From positions 32,001-96,000 of the forward strand of contig JAWXAQ010000007.1 of assembly GCA_034439575.1 (NCBI GenBank): a stretch of DNA of 64,000 bases, in the 5' to 3' direction. The translations under genes and the position numbers were made by a program. Of the stretch, positions 21,011 through 30,697 are shown in pieces (within the stretch, counting starts at the first letter, position 1; each line of letters starts with the position of its first letter). The stretch is from Leptospira sp. Its GTDB lineage: Bacteria; Spirochaetota; Leptospiria; Leptospirales; Leptospiraceae. The notes below the pieces were generated by a model that did no database searches, was not told where the DNA came from, and saw nothing but the letters and a program-made list of their open reading frames with translations.

Positions 21011-22203
21011 TGTCTACAAATTCACAAAAACAGAAAATTGCATTTATTTTACCTAGATTTCTTCCCGAAATTGCAGGGGGAGCCGAGAAATTAGCATTAG
21101 ATTATGCATTGATTCTCAAAGAACATTATACTGTAGAAATATTTACTTCTTGTGCGAAAGATTATATAACATGGAAAAACGAACTCTCGCAAGGCACTTC
21201 AAGTTGGAACAATTTACTGATTCATAGATTTCCAGTAAATAAAGAAAGAAATATACAAAAGATGAATCAAGTGTTAAATGATTGTCTAAAGAAAGGAAAT
21301 CAGGTAAATCCAATAGAAGAAGATTTATTTTTAATTGAACAAGGTCCTTATCTACCAAATCTTGTGAATCATTTTATTAAAGTACAATCTTCATTTTCTC
21401 TCGTAATTTTTGTAGGATATCTATATTACCCAATTGTAAAACTTCTTCCTGAAGTAAAAATTCAAAAATTAATTATTCCGACATTTCATGATGAACCTGC
21501 ATTATCACTTCCGATTTATACGAGAATTTTTCTCCCTTCATATATTTATTCGTTTAACGCGCCGGAAGAATTGAATGTTTATGAAAATCAATTCAAAAGC
21601 AAACCCAAATATGATTTGATCGGAACTTATGTGACCATTCCAACTATAAAGGCTCAAGAAATAAATTTCAATAATACAGAATCAAAATTTAATATTCTTA
21701 CGATGGGAAGAATGGAAGTTGCCAAAGGATTCAAAGAATTATTTGAGTATTATCATGAATGGCAAAAACACTATGATACGAAAGATATAAATTGGACGAG
21801 CATTGGTAGTAATCATTTCAAACAAAATGAAATTCCTGATTCCATTCACATCCAAGGTTTTGTTTCCGAAGAAGAAAAGTATCGATTTATATCATCTGCT
21901 TCCCTTGTTATCAATCCTTCACCTTATGAAAGCTTTTCGATCGCAATGATGGAAGCTTGGTCTTATGGAGTTCCTGTCCTAGTAAACGCTAAGTCTGATG
22001 TTATGCGAGGTCATTGCGACAGAAGCCAAGGTGGATTATATTATTCTGATGAATTATCATTTCGAAGGTGTCTGGAATATTTAATCAATCATCCAAATTT
22101 GTGTCGTTCTTTAGGGGCGAATGGAAAAAAATATGTCCAAGCAAATTTCACAAAGGAAGTTGTTGGACATAAATTATTAAATCTAATTAAAAAACTTCTC
22201 TAA
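21010..22203 (+). CDS. Glycosyltransferase family 4
   Basis: GGAEK, GR.E..KG, PSPYESFSIAMMEAW..GVPV. ATG 21010 overlaps the upstream TGA. Confidence 0.92.
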   Translation: MSTNSQKQKIAFILPRFLPEIAGGAEKLALDYALILKEHYTVEIFTSCAKDYITWKNELSQGTSSWNNLLIHRFPVNKERNIQKMNQVLNDCLKKGNQVNPIEEDLFLIEQGPYLPNLVNHFIKVQSSFSLVIFVGYLYYPIVKLLPEVKIQKLIIPTFHDEPALSLPIYTRIFLPSYIYSFNAPEELNVYENQFKSKPKYDLIGTYVTIPTIKAQEINFNNTESKFNILTMGRMEVAKGFKELFEYYHEWQKHYDTKDINWTSIGSNHFKQNEIPDSIHIQGFVSEEEKYRFISSASLVINPSPYESFSIAMMEAWSYGVPVLVNAKSDVMRGHCDRSQGGLYYSDELSFRRCLEYLINHPNLCRSLGANGKKYVQANFTKEVVGHKLLNLIKKLL

Positions 22204-22999
22204 TTATTTGTCCTTCAAATATATTTAGTAAAAGTTCATGTATTTTGCCGTTGCTTGCAAGCAAACTAGGCGTGTACGGATTAAAATCATTTCCATCTAA
22301 AGTTGTCAATTGACCACCCGCTTCCAACACGATTAAACCTGCTGCTGCCATATCCCAAGGTTTTAAACCCATCTCATAATAACCATCAAACTTACCATCG
22401 GCGACCCAACACAAATCAAGTGTAGCCGCTCCTGTTCTTCTTATGCCTCTAGATTTTATAAGAATAGACTTATAATAAGACAATAATACTTCCAAGGACT
22501 CTGTTCTATCATACGGAAAACCTGTGCAAAAAAGTGCGTCTTTCATCGATTTTGTCTTTGACACTGAAATCTTTGTCCGATCACGAAAAGCACCTTGGCC
22601 TTTAATCGCATGATAACAATTCCCAAGCTCAGGGAAAAGCACCATTCCAACTACAGGTTGTTTGGTGCTCTCTAATTCGACAGCTACAGATACGCCATAA
22701 AGAGGAAGCCCATGAGCATAATTCGTAGTCCCATCAACGGGATCAATGATCCAACGATAACCAGTTTCACCCTTTTTCTCTCCATACTCTTCCGATAAAA
22801 AACCATCTCCCGGAAAATACTTTTGTATTTCGTCCAAGATCATTTTTTCAGAAGCTAAATCAGCTTCGGTGACTAAATTGTATAATCCCTTTTCCGAAAT
22901 ATCTAAGTTAGTTGACAAGTGTTTTTCAATTAAAAATTTCCCAACTTGAGGAAGAAAGTTTAAAAAATGATGTGACCGGTTTTTAAGTTCGGACTCCAT
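22187..22999 (-). CDS. suhB: Inositol monophosphatase (SuhB family)
   Basis: LVTEAD, SEE, WIIDPVDGTTNY, PWDMAAAGLIV.EAGG. Confidence 0.9.
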   Translation of the reverse strand: MESELKNRSHHFLNFLPQVGKFLIEKHLSTNLDISEKGLYNLVTEADLASEKMILDEIQKYFPGDGFLSEEYGEKKGETGYRWIIDPVDGTTNYAHGLPLYGVSVAVELESTKQPVVGMVLFPELGNCYHAIKGQGAFRDRTKISVSKTKSMKDALFCTGFPYDRTESLEVLLSYYKSILIKSRGIRRTGAATLDLCWVADGKFDGYYEMGLKPWDMAAAGLIVLEAGGQLTTLDGNDFNPYTPSLLASNGKIHELLLNIFEGQIIREVF

Positions 23000-23868
23000 C
23001 AATAACCGCCAAATTCGATATTTTTCTTCATGGCAGTAATTTCAACATCTAAGTTCAATGTTTCATCGGCTTTCAATTTGGCGCGGACTTGTTCTGTCGT
23101 TTTGATAACTTCATGCAACAGTTGATTTAATTCACCTTTTCGTTTTTCATTTTCGGCCGCGAGTTGTGGATCTTTTGAAACCCTATTGTATTGAGTTAAA
23201 ATTTTTGAAGTTGTCTCAGGGAAATAATTAATATATTGTTTTGCTTTTTTGTAAGAAAGAGGTTCCTCAGCTAAACGAATTCTTAAGTCTCCCAATGAAT
23301 GCAAAAATTCATTTCCAAGTCCAACTAACGAAGAATCTGTCAATAGTTTCACTTCTTTTTCAATCGTACCTTTATGAGAGTCTAATTTGTCCATAAAGGA
23401 TTTGTATTCGTTAAACTCCACTTTGTCGGAAAATTGTTTTTTTAATGCATTCCAATTTTCTTTGGTGGAACTATTGGCAAATAACATAGGAAAAAAACTA
23501 AATGGATAATGGTGTGGTTTTCCGAGACTGGTTTTAAAAATTCCAAAACCTAACATCAACAAATGGAGAAATCCTACTAAAATATAGGAAAATACTAATA
23601 AAATCCTATCTTCAGAAAACAAATTTCCAAATCCAATATATCCAAACGAAACTAAGGCCTGTAAATATAATGCTTCCAAAGCCTGAATTCCAGAATAGGA
23701 AGATTTTTTACGTGAAAGCCAAATCACAAAAGGAAAAGCCAAAGCTCCCAAAAGTTCAAATGAGAAAGGGAAAGGAAGTAAATAAATAGGATAAGTTAAA
23801 AGTGTACTTAAGTGGGCACGACGCGCCCACTGTTTTTCTTCTGGTTCTACAATTTCATTTTTTTCCAT
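22999..23868 (-). CDS. DUF4870-like membrane domain fused to an XpaC-like (5-bromo-4-chloroindolyl phosphate hydrolysis family) domain
   Basis: N-terminus WA..AHLS..P..IW...K...HYPFS; C-terminus AKQYINYFPETT.KI..QY ... D.TLNLDVEI; adjacent to a TelA-family gene. Confidence 0.7.
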   Translation of the reverse strand: MEKNEIVEPEEKQWARRAHLSTLLTYPIYLLPFPFSFELLGALAFPFVIWLSRKKSSYSGIQALEALYLQALVSFGYIGFGNLFSEDRILLVFSYILVGFLHLLMLGFGIFKTSLGKPHHYPFSFFPMLFANSSTKENWNALKKQFSDKVEFNEYKSFMDKLDSHKGTIEKEVKLLTDSSLVGLGNEFLHSLGDLRIRLAEEPLSYKKAKQYINYFPETTSKILTQYNRVSKDPQLAAENEKRKGELNQLLHEVIKTTEQVRAKLKADETLNLDVEITAMKKNIEFGGY

Positions 23869-23871
23869 TCT

Positions 23872-24942
23872 CTATTTTGCTTCCAATAACTTTTGTTTGA
23901 TGTCTGATTCTATTTTGACTAATTCTTGTTCTGCGTCTTTTCGTTTTCTTCTACCTTCATCTTGAATTTTCAAAGTTTCTGTAATTGTTTCAATCAATTG
24001 TTGATTAACTTTTTTGAGAGTTTCGATTTCGACGATGCCTTTTTCTGATTCCTGAGCAATTTCAATCGTTCCTGTTTTTAACATCTCTGCATTTTTTTGA
24101 ATCAATTCATTTGTTGTTTTGGTCACTTCTTGTTGCGCTGTTAAGGCTTTTCTTTGACGTAACAATCCAAGTGCGATGACAATTTGATTTTTCCAAAGAG
24201 GAATCGTATTTAAGATAGAACTTTGAATTTTTTCAACTAACACCTGATTTCCATTTTGAATCAGACGAATTTGAGGGCCAGTTTGCAAAGAGAGAATACG
24301 ACTAAGTTTTAGATCATGAATTTTCTTTTCAAAACGATCCACCATTTGTACCATATCTTGGTACTTTTGTGAAGCCATAGTATCACCTTGAGCTTGCGCT
24401 TTAGTTAACATTTCTGGTAAAATTTTATCTCTAAGTTCTTTGATTTTTCCATCCCCAGCAGCGATATATACTTGGATCTCTTTAAAGTATTCTAAGTTTT
24501 TTTCATATAAACTTTGTAAAAGAGTTATATCTTTTGTTAGGTTGGTGCGCGCCATGTGCAATTCGTCTACGATCTTTTCGATTTGTGAATGAAGGTCCTC
24601 AAACTTTGCTAGGAACTTTTTGGAAGCATCAAAAATACTTCCGATCAATGGAATTTTAGAAAGAAAACTTCCTTCACCAGAGACACTATCCAAATTTAAG
24701 TCTTTTACTTTAAAAAGCAAATTACTGAGGAGCTCTCCCGCATAACCCGAATCCTTGGTTTTAATTTCTGCTAAGACTTTATCAGCAAATTCCGAAACAC
24801 GAGCTTGGACTGAGGAACCGTATTGAATGATATCGTTTGGATCGTTTAACTTAATTTGGTCAGTTAACTCCTGAACTTTTTTAAGATCATCTGCTGTTAA
24901 TTGCAATTCTGGGTCATTTGATTTAATTTCTAGGGAGTCCAT
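23872..24942 (-). CDS. Toxic anion resistance protein (TelA/YaaN family)
   Basis: YG...Q, LYEKN.EYF, IHDL.LSR....Q..PQIRLIQ..N..LVEKIQSS..NTIPLWKNQ. Confidence 0.93.
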   Translation of the reverse strand: MDSLEIKSNDPELQLTADDLKKVQELTDQIKLNDPNDIIQYGSSVQARVSEFADKVLAEIKTKDSGYAGELLSNLLFKVKDLNLDSVSGEGSFLSKIPLIGSIFDASKKFLAKFEDLHSQIEKIVDELHMARTNLTKDITLLQSLYEKNLEYFKEIQVYIAAGDGKIKELRDKILPEMLTKAQAQGDTMASQKYQDMVQMVDRFEKKIHDLKLSRILSLQTGPQIRLIQNGNQVLVEKIQSSILNTIPLWKNQIVIALGLLRQRKALTAQQEVTKTTNELIQKNAEMLKTGTIEIAQESEKGIVEIETLKKVNQQLIETITETLKIQDEGRRKRKDAEQELVKIESDIKQKLLEAK

Positions 24943-25144
24943 CTGATTTCATTCCTAATATTCTATTTCCTAAAATTAGAGTTTTTATCTACAATGAGGC
25001 AAGCAGAAAATCGAAGGTGCAAAAAGCCGAATAGTATTTCAAAAAATGAAAATTAGTGCCAACTTTCGACAAAAATTCAACCTTCTCATTTAGTTAGATT
25101 CATACAATGCGAGCAAAATGTCCGATATTCTTTGAGAAAAATAT

Positions 25145-25750
25145 ATGTTAAAAAATTTAATCCAATTTCCAATTCCCTCTTCGAACTTAGTCGTAGATTT
25201 AAATTCGTTTTGTTCCCCCTTTTACTCAAATGAAGAAATTAGAAAGGTGCTCTATCATTTTCGAAAACATAATTTTGATCACTATTTGATTGTTAAATAT
25301 TTATTCACTACAGGCGCATCCATTCCTGATCTAATTCATTTTCGGATGATGGATTTTAATTACGAAGAATCCTTTTTAACACTACAGGCTAGATCGCGTC
25401 TCGGTTTTCGAAAGATTTCTTTAGAAAAGGAATTTGCAAAAGAACTGTATCGACATGGCACACAATATTCTGTTGATTCCCCTATTTTTCCCGGCCGAAA
25501 TGGAAATAGAGAAGAGCGCTCGATTCAAAAAATTCTGAAAAAAGCTTCTATTTTGATCGCAAAAGAGATAACTATACCAACGATTCGAGATTCTATTGCA
25601 TTATCCTTCTTTCAGTCAGGGATCTCTGTACCAGAAATCCAAACATACTTAGGACACAGATCGCAAAAATCGACCCGTTATCGCATCCAATCCCAACAAT
25701 ATAGGTTGAAAGACGAGAATTTTAGTCCAATGAATGAAAAAGCAGCTTAA
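25145..25750 (+). CDS. Tyrosine recombinase/integrase-like protein, catalytic domain only, degenerate
   Basis: Box I-like FTTGASIPDL, IFPGR, box II-like TIPTIRDSIA and IQTYLGHRSQKSTRY; canonical Arg and His are missing. Confidence 0.75.
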   Translation: MLKNLIQFPIPSSNLVVDLNSFCSPFYSNEEIRKVLYHFRKHNFDHYLIVKYLFTTGASIPDLIHFRMMDFNYEESFLTLQARSRLGFRKISLEKEFAKELYRHGTQYSVDSPIFPGRNGNREERSIQKILKKASILIAKEITIPTIRDSIALSFFQSGISVPEIQTYLGHRSQKSTRYRIQSQQYRLKDENFSPMNEKAA

Positions 25751-25804
25751 AAATTTCTTGAATGTTATGACAATTCGATGATCCTTGCCGTAAGTAGGCG
25801 CGTT

Positions 25805-26143
25805 TTGGAAATTAAAACCAAAAAAATTGGAAACCACACCCTAGTTCACCTCAATGGCAGACTAGATATTACACATTCTGACGAAGTGGAAGCAAAACTT
25901 GCGGAAGATGTACAAAGTGGTAATGGTGATATCATTATTAACCTGGAGTTGATTTCATATATCTCCTCTTCGGGGATACGAATTTTCGTGGGAATGGTGC
26001 GTGAACTCGACAAACAAGGCCGCAAGCTAAAGTTATGTTGCATTACTCCTCCCGTTAAAAAAGTCTTTGATGTTGTTGAGCTACTTGATCTTTTCGAAGT
26101 TTTCGAAACTGAGCAGGAAGCGGTTGCCTCTCTATCGAAATAG
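25805..26143 (+). CDS. STAS-domain anti-sigma factor antagonist
   Basis: L.GRLD, YISSSGIR phosphoserine motif, VKKVFDVV.L..LF. TTG start at 25805 preferred. Confidence 0.92.
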   Translation: MEIKTKKIGNHTLVHLNGRLDITHSDEVEAKLAEDVQSGNGDIIINLELISYISSSGIRIFVGMVRELDKQGRKLKLCCITPPVKKVFDVVELLDLFEVFETEQEAVASLSK

Positions 26144-26159
26144 CCCGTCTAACCTGGGC

Positions 26160-27605
26160 TTGTTTCCATTCACTCTCTTTCTATTAACTTCCTTTTATTT
26201 TTTCTTCTTTTTTTCGTTAGTTGAAACATTACCGCCAGTATGGCCTGATGAAGTTTTATTTTTTTCACCTTCTTCACAGTTCTCAAATTTTGGAATTTTA
26301 AAAACAGATGTTCTCATTGGTTTGATTCCTGGTATGGAATTAAAAACCCTTTGGATGCCGCCTGGTTATTTATTAATATCCTCCTTATTTTTAAAAATAT
26401 TTCCGCAAACATTATTTACAATACGTTTTGTAAGTTTTCTTACAACATTACTTTCAGCTTACGCATTTATCTTTTTACTAAAGAGATTCAAATTTAGTAA
26501 TATTTCAATTTCAATTGCGTTCGCAACTATACTCTTTGAACCACTTTTGTTTCGCTTCGGTATCCCAGGACGAATGGAAGGAACTACAATATTATTTTTT
26601 CTAATTAGTTTGTTATTTGCCACATCACGTCTAAACAACATTTGGAGAAGTATTCTATCAGGATTGTTTTTAGCTTTTTCAACTTTATCTCACCCATTCA
26701 CAGCTTCACTAGGCTTTGTGGTTCTATATCCTTTGTTAGTTGGGAATGAAAAAAAAATACAAAGCCTTTTACTTTTCACAATTGCAGGATTGTTACCATT
26801 TCTTGGATGGTTGTATTATATTTACCCAGATTGGGAATTATTTTTAATCCAATTCGGATCGCAATTAGTTCGAAAAAAAGCCTTATTTGAAAGTTTTGAT
26901 TTATTAACAAAATTGAAAATTTTCTCATTTGGATTCGCATATTCTAAAATTCGATTATTGATCATCGGATTTCAATTGATCCTTTTAATTTTATTTACCT
27001 ATCAAATTAAAAAAGCTAAACTTTCCATTCCTTATAGATTTAACTTTTTTTGGCTATGGATCATATGTGTTTTTTTCTCGATTTATTCATCTTCCGAAGG
27101 ATGGTACGTAATTCATTTCTTATTTCCATTTGCTTTCGGCATGGCAATACTAAGTGAACAAAAATATATAGGCATAAAACTTGCATTATTCGGCATTTTA
27201 ATTTCAGTTATTGGTTGGTTTTATATTATTAATATACATTATATAAAATCAAATTCTGATTTAATCCTTCAAAATCATTTTCAAAAGATTTATGAATCGG
27301 TAAAAAATTACAAAAAAATATATGTTCAGTCAATACCTGATCCATATTTTTATTTGAAATCAAAAAATCCAAATCAACAGATATTGGAATTTATACCCGG
27401 TGAATTAGAAATTCCATCGGAGGTATTCAAAAATACGATCGCCGAACAAGAGGCCTTTATTTTCTATAACGAAGACTTAAAAAACCAAGCTATTAAAGAA
27501 TTTTTGATTCAAAATCCGGAATGGATTCGAGAAGAATGGGATATTCCTGTTAGTTCTAATCATTGGTTAGCATATAAAACCATTATATATCGAAAACCTT
27601 TATAG
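26160..27605 (+). CDS. GT-C/ArnT-like (PMT-type) polytopic membrane glycosyltransferase
   Basis: WPDE motif after the first TM, MPPGY, R.E, many TM helices. Start moved to TTG 26160 to avoid overlap with the STAS gene. Confidence 0.72.
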   Translation: MFPFTLFLLTSFYFFFFFSLVETLPPVWPDEVLFFSPSSQFSNFGILKTDVLIGLIPGMELKTLWMPPGYLLISSLFLKIFPQTLFTIRFVSFLTTLLSAYAFIFLLKRFKFSNISISIAFATILFEPLLFRFGIPGRMEGTTILFFLISLLFATSRLNNIWRSILSGLFLAFSTLSHPFTASLGFVVLYPLLVGNEKKIQSLLLFTIAGLLPFLGWLYYIYPDWELFLIQFGSQLVRKKALFESFDLLTKLKIFSFGFAYSKIRLLIIGFQLILLILFTYQIKKAKLSIPYRFNFFWLWIICVFFSIYSSSEGWYVIHFLFPFAFGMAILSEQKYIGIKLALFGILISVIGWFYIINIHYIKSNSDLILQNHFQKIYESVKNYKKIYVQSIPDPYFYLKSKNPNQQILEFIPGELEIPSEVFKNTIAEQEAFIFYNEDLKNQAIKEFLIQNPEWIREEWDIPVSSNHWLAYKTIIYRKPL

Positions 27606-27620
27606 AGATACATTGATCCT

Positions 27621-28268
27621 ATGAAGAAAAATTATTTATCAATTCTCTCATTATTTTCCATATTACTTCATATAAATTGTTACAAATCAAAAAAGGATGA
27701 TTTTTATCTTTTGACTTTATTAAATCATAGTGCCAATCCCATCAAAGTCACCGTGCTAGGTGATTCTCTTTCCCAATGGTCTAATACTTTTGGATTGAGT
27801 CAAAAATTACCTTCTACTTATAAAGTTACTGATTTATCTGTGGCTGGATATGATACGGCTCTCTGGATTTCAGAATTATCTAGAGCTGAAATAGTACCGA
27901 CAGATATTTGGATCATTGAGTTAGGAACGAATGACGCGAGTTATTCTGGTACAAATGGATTTAAAGAAAGATATATGGAAATATTGAATCGACTTAAACA
28001 AAGGACATTTTCTTATTTTTTACTTTCGACAGTACCAAAAACAAATCAAAACGGACTTCATCAAAGCATACTTTCAAATAATGAAGTCATCCGTGAACTG
28101 GTTAAGACTGATCCTGCTTATAGATTGGCCGATTTAGAAAAAGTATTTTCTGAAAAATCAGATTCAGTCATCTTATATCCTTTGAATGATCCCATCCATC
28201 CAAATGGGATCGGATATGAACTGATTGGCGAAGAGTATAGAAAACTTTTACTTGGTTTTCAAATTTAA
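27621..28268 (+). CDS. SGNH/GDSL hydrolase lipoprotein
   Basis: Lipobox HINC; GDSLS, AG, ELGTND, DPIHPN. Confidence 0.9.
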   Translation: MKKNYLSILSLFSILLHINCYKSKKDDFYLLTLLNHSANPIKVTVLGDSLSQWSNTFGLSQKLPSTYKVTDLSVAGYDTALWISELSRAEIVPTDIWIIELGTNDASYSGTNGFKERYMEILNRLKQRTFSYFLLSTVPKTNQNGLHQSILSNNEVIRELVKTDPAYRLADLEKVFSEKSDSVILYPLNDPIHPNGIGYELIGEEYRKLLLGFQI

Positions 28269-29048
28269 ATCAGCGAGTATTTTAAGACCTTTTAAAGTTA
28301 ACATCGGATCTATAACATCAAAAACCTTGTTATGCGAAGCGTGAATCGTACTTACCAATCCACCTGTTCCAACAACTATATAATCACCAGGCATTTCTTC
28401 TTTAATCGCTCTCACGATTTCTTTTAAAAGCCCTATCCAACCAAAGAAAAAACCAGATTGGATAGATTCAACTGTTGATCCACCTAACACCTTTGCTGGG
28501 GCACCAAAAACTATGGGTGGCAATTGGGCGGTATTTCTTGTTAAAGCATCCATAGAAATTTTTAAACCAGGGGCGATCACACCACCGATGTATTCTGGTT
28601 TTTCATTGATTACACAAAACGTTGTGGCAGTTCCTAAATCTACTAATATAGCCTTTCTACCTGGATACATCTTGGCACAATAAGCTGCATTCACTAATCG
28701 ATCTGCACCTATTTCAAATGGTCGTGGATAAGTGATACCAAAGTTTAAATTCATTTCATAATGAACTCTTTCGGGGTTCACATTAAACCAGTCCTCTAAC
28801 ATACGCTCAACGATCGGATTTAAAGAAGGAACAACGCTTGAATAAATTGCACGAGTAATTCGTTCTGAATTTACTTTTTCATGGGAAAGAAACCCCTTTA
28901 AAAAAAGACCCAATTCATCTGAAGTTCTATCCCTTCTTGTCACAGTCCTTTTATGAAAATCAGGTTGGTCTTCTCCTTCTTGAAAAATTCCAAATACAGT
29001 ATTTGTATTTCCGACATCGACTACGAGTAAGAGAGGTTTTTCTGCCAT
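28248..29048 (-). CDS. coaX: Type III pantothenate kinase
   Basis: [34 protein letters not shown]. Confidence 0.96.
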   Translation of the reverse strand: MAEKPLLLVVDVGNTNTVFGIFQEGEDQPDFHKRTVTRRDRTSDELGLFLKGFLSHEKVNSERITRAIYSSVVPSLNPIVERMLEDWFNVNPERVHYEMNLNFGITYPRPFEIGADRLVNAAYCAKMYPGRKAILVDLGTATTFCVINEKPEYIGGVIAPGLKISMDALTRNTAQLPPIVFGAPAKVLGGSTVESIQSGFFFGWIGLLKEIVRAIKEEMPGDYIVVGTGGLVSTIHASHNKVFDVIDPMLTLKGLKILADLNLKTK

Positions 29049-29804
29049 TTAAATTATCCGAAAACTTGGTGAGGTGTCCATGATCTCAATCTTTTCACCT
29101 TTATCAGTCAGAATTATGAGAAAACCATATTCATCAATTCCCAAAACTTTTCCACGAACAATTTTTGAATCCCATTCTGTTTCTATAACCTTATCTTTTA
29201 AGTAGGAATGTGATTCAATCCAGATCAGTTCGTTTAAAATCTGGCTTGGATCAATAAGTTTGATGATATATGAATTCAAATTTTCAATAAACAAATTTGT
29301 AATTCTTTCTGTCGTTCCTTCAAGTGGAGATAAATCAAAGAGATAAGTAACCTTAGATTTTAAATCATTGGGAATTGTTTTTCCATAAACATTCATACCC
29401 ATACCAATGATAATTGTACAAATGCCTGCTTGTATTTCTGATTCGATTAAGATGCCAGCAATTTTTTTTTCACCACGATAAAGATCGTTCGGCCATTTTA
29501 TGCTCAATTCATTTTCCAAATCTGGATATAAACTTAAAAGGGATTTAAGTAATGCTGCTGATGAAAATATTGAAAAGAGAGGTAGCGAAATTTCAGAAGT
29601 AGGTATTTGTAATTTTCCAGAGAAAATAATATTTTCATCACCTAACGTTTGCCAAACGTTTCCGCCTCTACCTTTTCCATTTGTCTGTTCATCGGCAACA
29701 ATCCACGAACCAACTGGGATCTTTTTATCTTTTAAAAAATCATTCGTTGAACTAACCTTAGATACTCTCTGTCCCTGTTCTTTTTTAAGTAAGTAATATG
29801 ACAT
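29049..29804 (-). CDS. birA: Biotin-[acetyl-CoA carboxylase] ligase (no HTH domain)
   Basis: STND, QTNGKGRGGN.W, KWPND, KKIAGILIE, GID..G.L. Start at MSYY. Confidence 0.92.
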   Translation of the reverse strand: MSYYLLKKEQGQRVSKVSSTNDFLKDKKIPVGSWIVADEQTNGKGRGGNVWQTLGDENIIFSGKLQIPTSEISLPLFSIFSSAALLKSLLSLYPDLENELSIKWPNDLYRGEKKIAGILIESEIQAGICTIIIGMGMNVYGKTIPNDLKSKVTYLFDLSPLEGTTERITNLFIENLNSYIIKLIDPSQILNELIWIESHSYLKDKVIETEWDSKIVRGKVLGIDEYGFLIILTDKGEKIEIMDTSPSFRII

Positions 29805-29857
29805 ACATAGACTAAACTGAATCGAATTGTATTGACGAAACAAAAAAAAGAATTTTG

Positions 29858-30685
29858 ATGAGGAGTGTGAAAATAAAAGATAAACAAATACTTGTGACCG
29901 GTGCTGGTATGGGGATAGGGGCTCTCATTTGCGAAGAATTAGCAAAATCTGGGGCAGATACAATTATCGGTGTTGATATACTTAAAGAATCTTTAGCTGA
30001 GACACAATCAAAAGTAGAATCACTAGGTTGTAAATTTATCGGATTGTCTTGTGATCTTGCCCGTGAGGACCACATAGATCTGATGCTTAAACATATTCAA
30101 TTGCACAATATTAAATTTCAAATTTTAGTAAACAATGCAGGCATTGCACCATCGGGAGCGTTTGCCGAAGCAGATTTTAAAGTTTGGAAAAAAGCCATCC
30201 AAATCAATGTTATAGGTTTAACAAAACTAACACATGCTTGTTTACCAATATTAACTTCATTCCCAAAGTCTCATATTGTTAATCTAGCAAGTATTGCTGG
30301 CAAATTTGGATCGGAAGGAACCGTAATTTATTCGGCAACAAAACATGCCGTAGTAGGATTTTCACAAGCTCTTCGCATGGAATACTATGAGAAAAATTTA
30401 GGTGTCAGTTGGGTTTGTCCAAGTATGGCCAAAACAAGAATGATCGAAGGAGTGAAACCCTCGATTTTTACACCCATAATCGAACCGATTCGTGTCGCGA
30501 AAGCAGTTAAACATGCAATCCTTAAAAATAAAGCTGAGGTGATGGTTCCAGGCTATTTACGTATATCCGTTGTGATTTTACCCACATTGTTTCCTAGGTT
30601 ATTTCTATGGCTTGCTGTAAAAACAAAAGCCTCAAGAGGGTGGCTACTTGCAAACAAGGGACTTGAGAAAAATATTCCCGAATAA
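29858..30685 (+). CDS. Short-chain dehydrogenase/reductase
   Basis: TGAGMGIG, NNAG, S, YSATK. Confidence 0.92.
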   Translation: MRSVKIKDKQILVTGAGMGIGALICEELAKSGADTIIGVDILKESLAETQSKVESLGCKFIGLSCDLAREDHIDLMLKHIQLHNIKFQILVNNAGIAPSGAFAEADFKVWKKAIQINVIGLTKLTHACLPILTSFPKSHIVNLASIAGKFGSEGTVIYSATKHAVVGFSQALRMEYYEKNLGVSWVCPSMAKTRMIEGVKPSIFTPIIEPIRVAKAVKHAILKNKAEVMVPGYLRISVVILPTLFPRLFLWLAVKTKASRGWLLANKGLEKNIPE

Positions 30686-30697
30686 AACCTTGTCATC

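Noticed and set aside
25007-25033. Sigma28-like promoter (AAAA-N15-GCCGAATA)
   Set aside because: Both boxes mismatch the TAAA/GCCGATAA consensus, in AT-rich DNA; not supportable.
24943-25804. Integrative element or invertible switch around the recombinase-like gene
   Set aside because: No flanking direct or inverted repeats, tRNA or cargo seen, and the catalytic residues are degenerate.
26148-26157. 10-mer TCTAACCTGG shared with the hairpin arm at 5281
   Set aside because: A single short match with no full second arm; insufficient for a REP-like repeat family.
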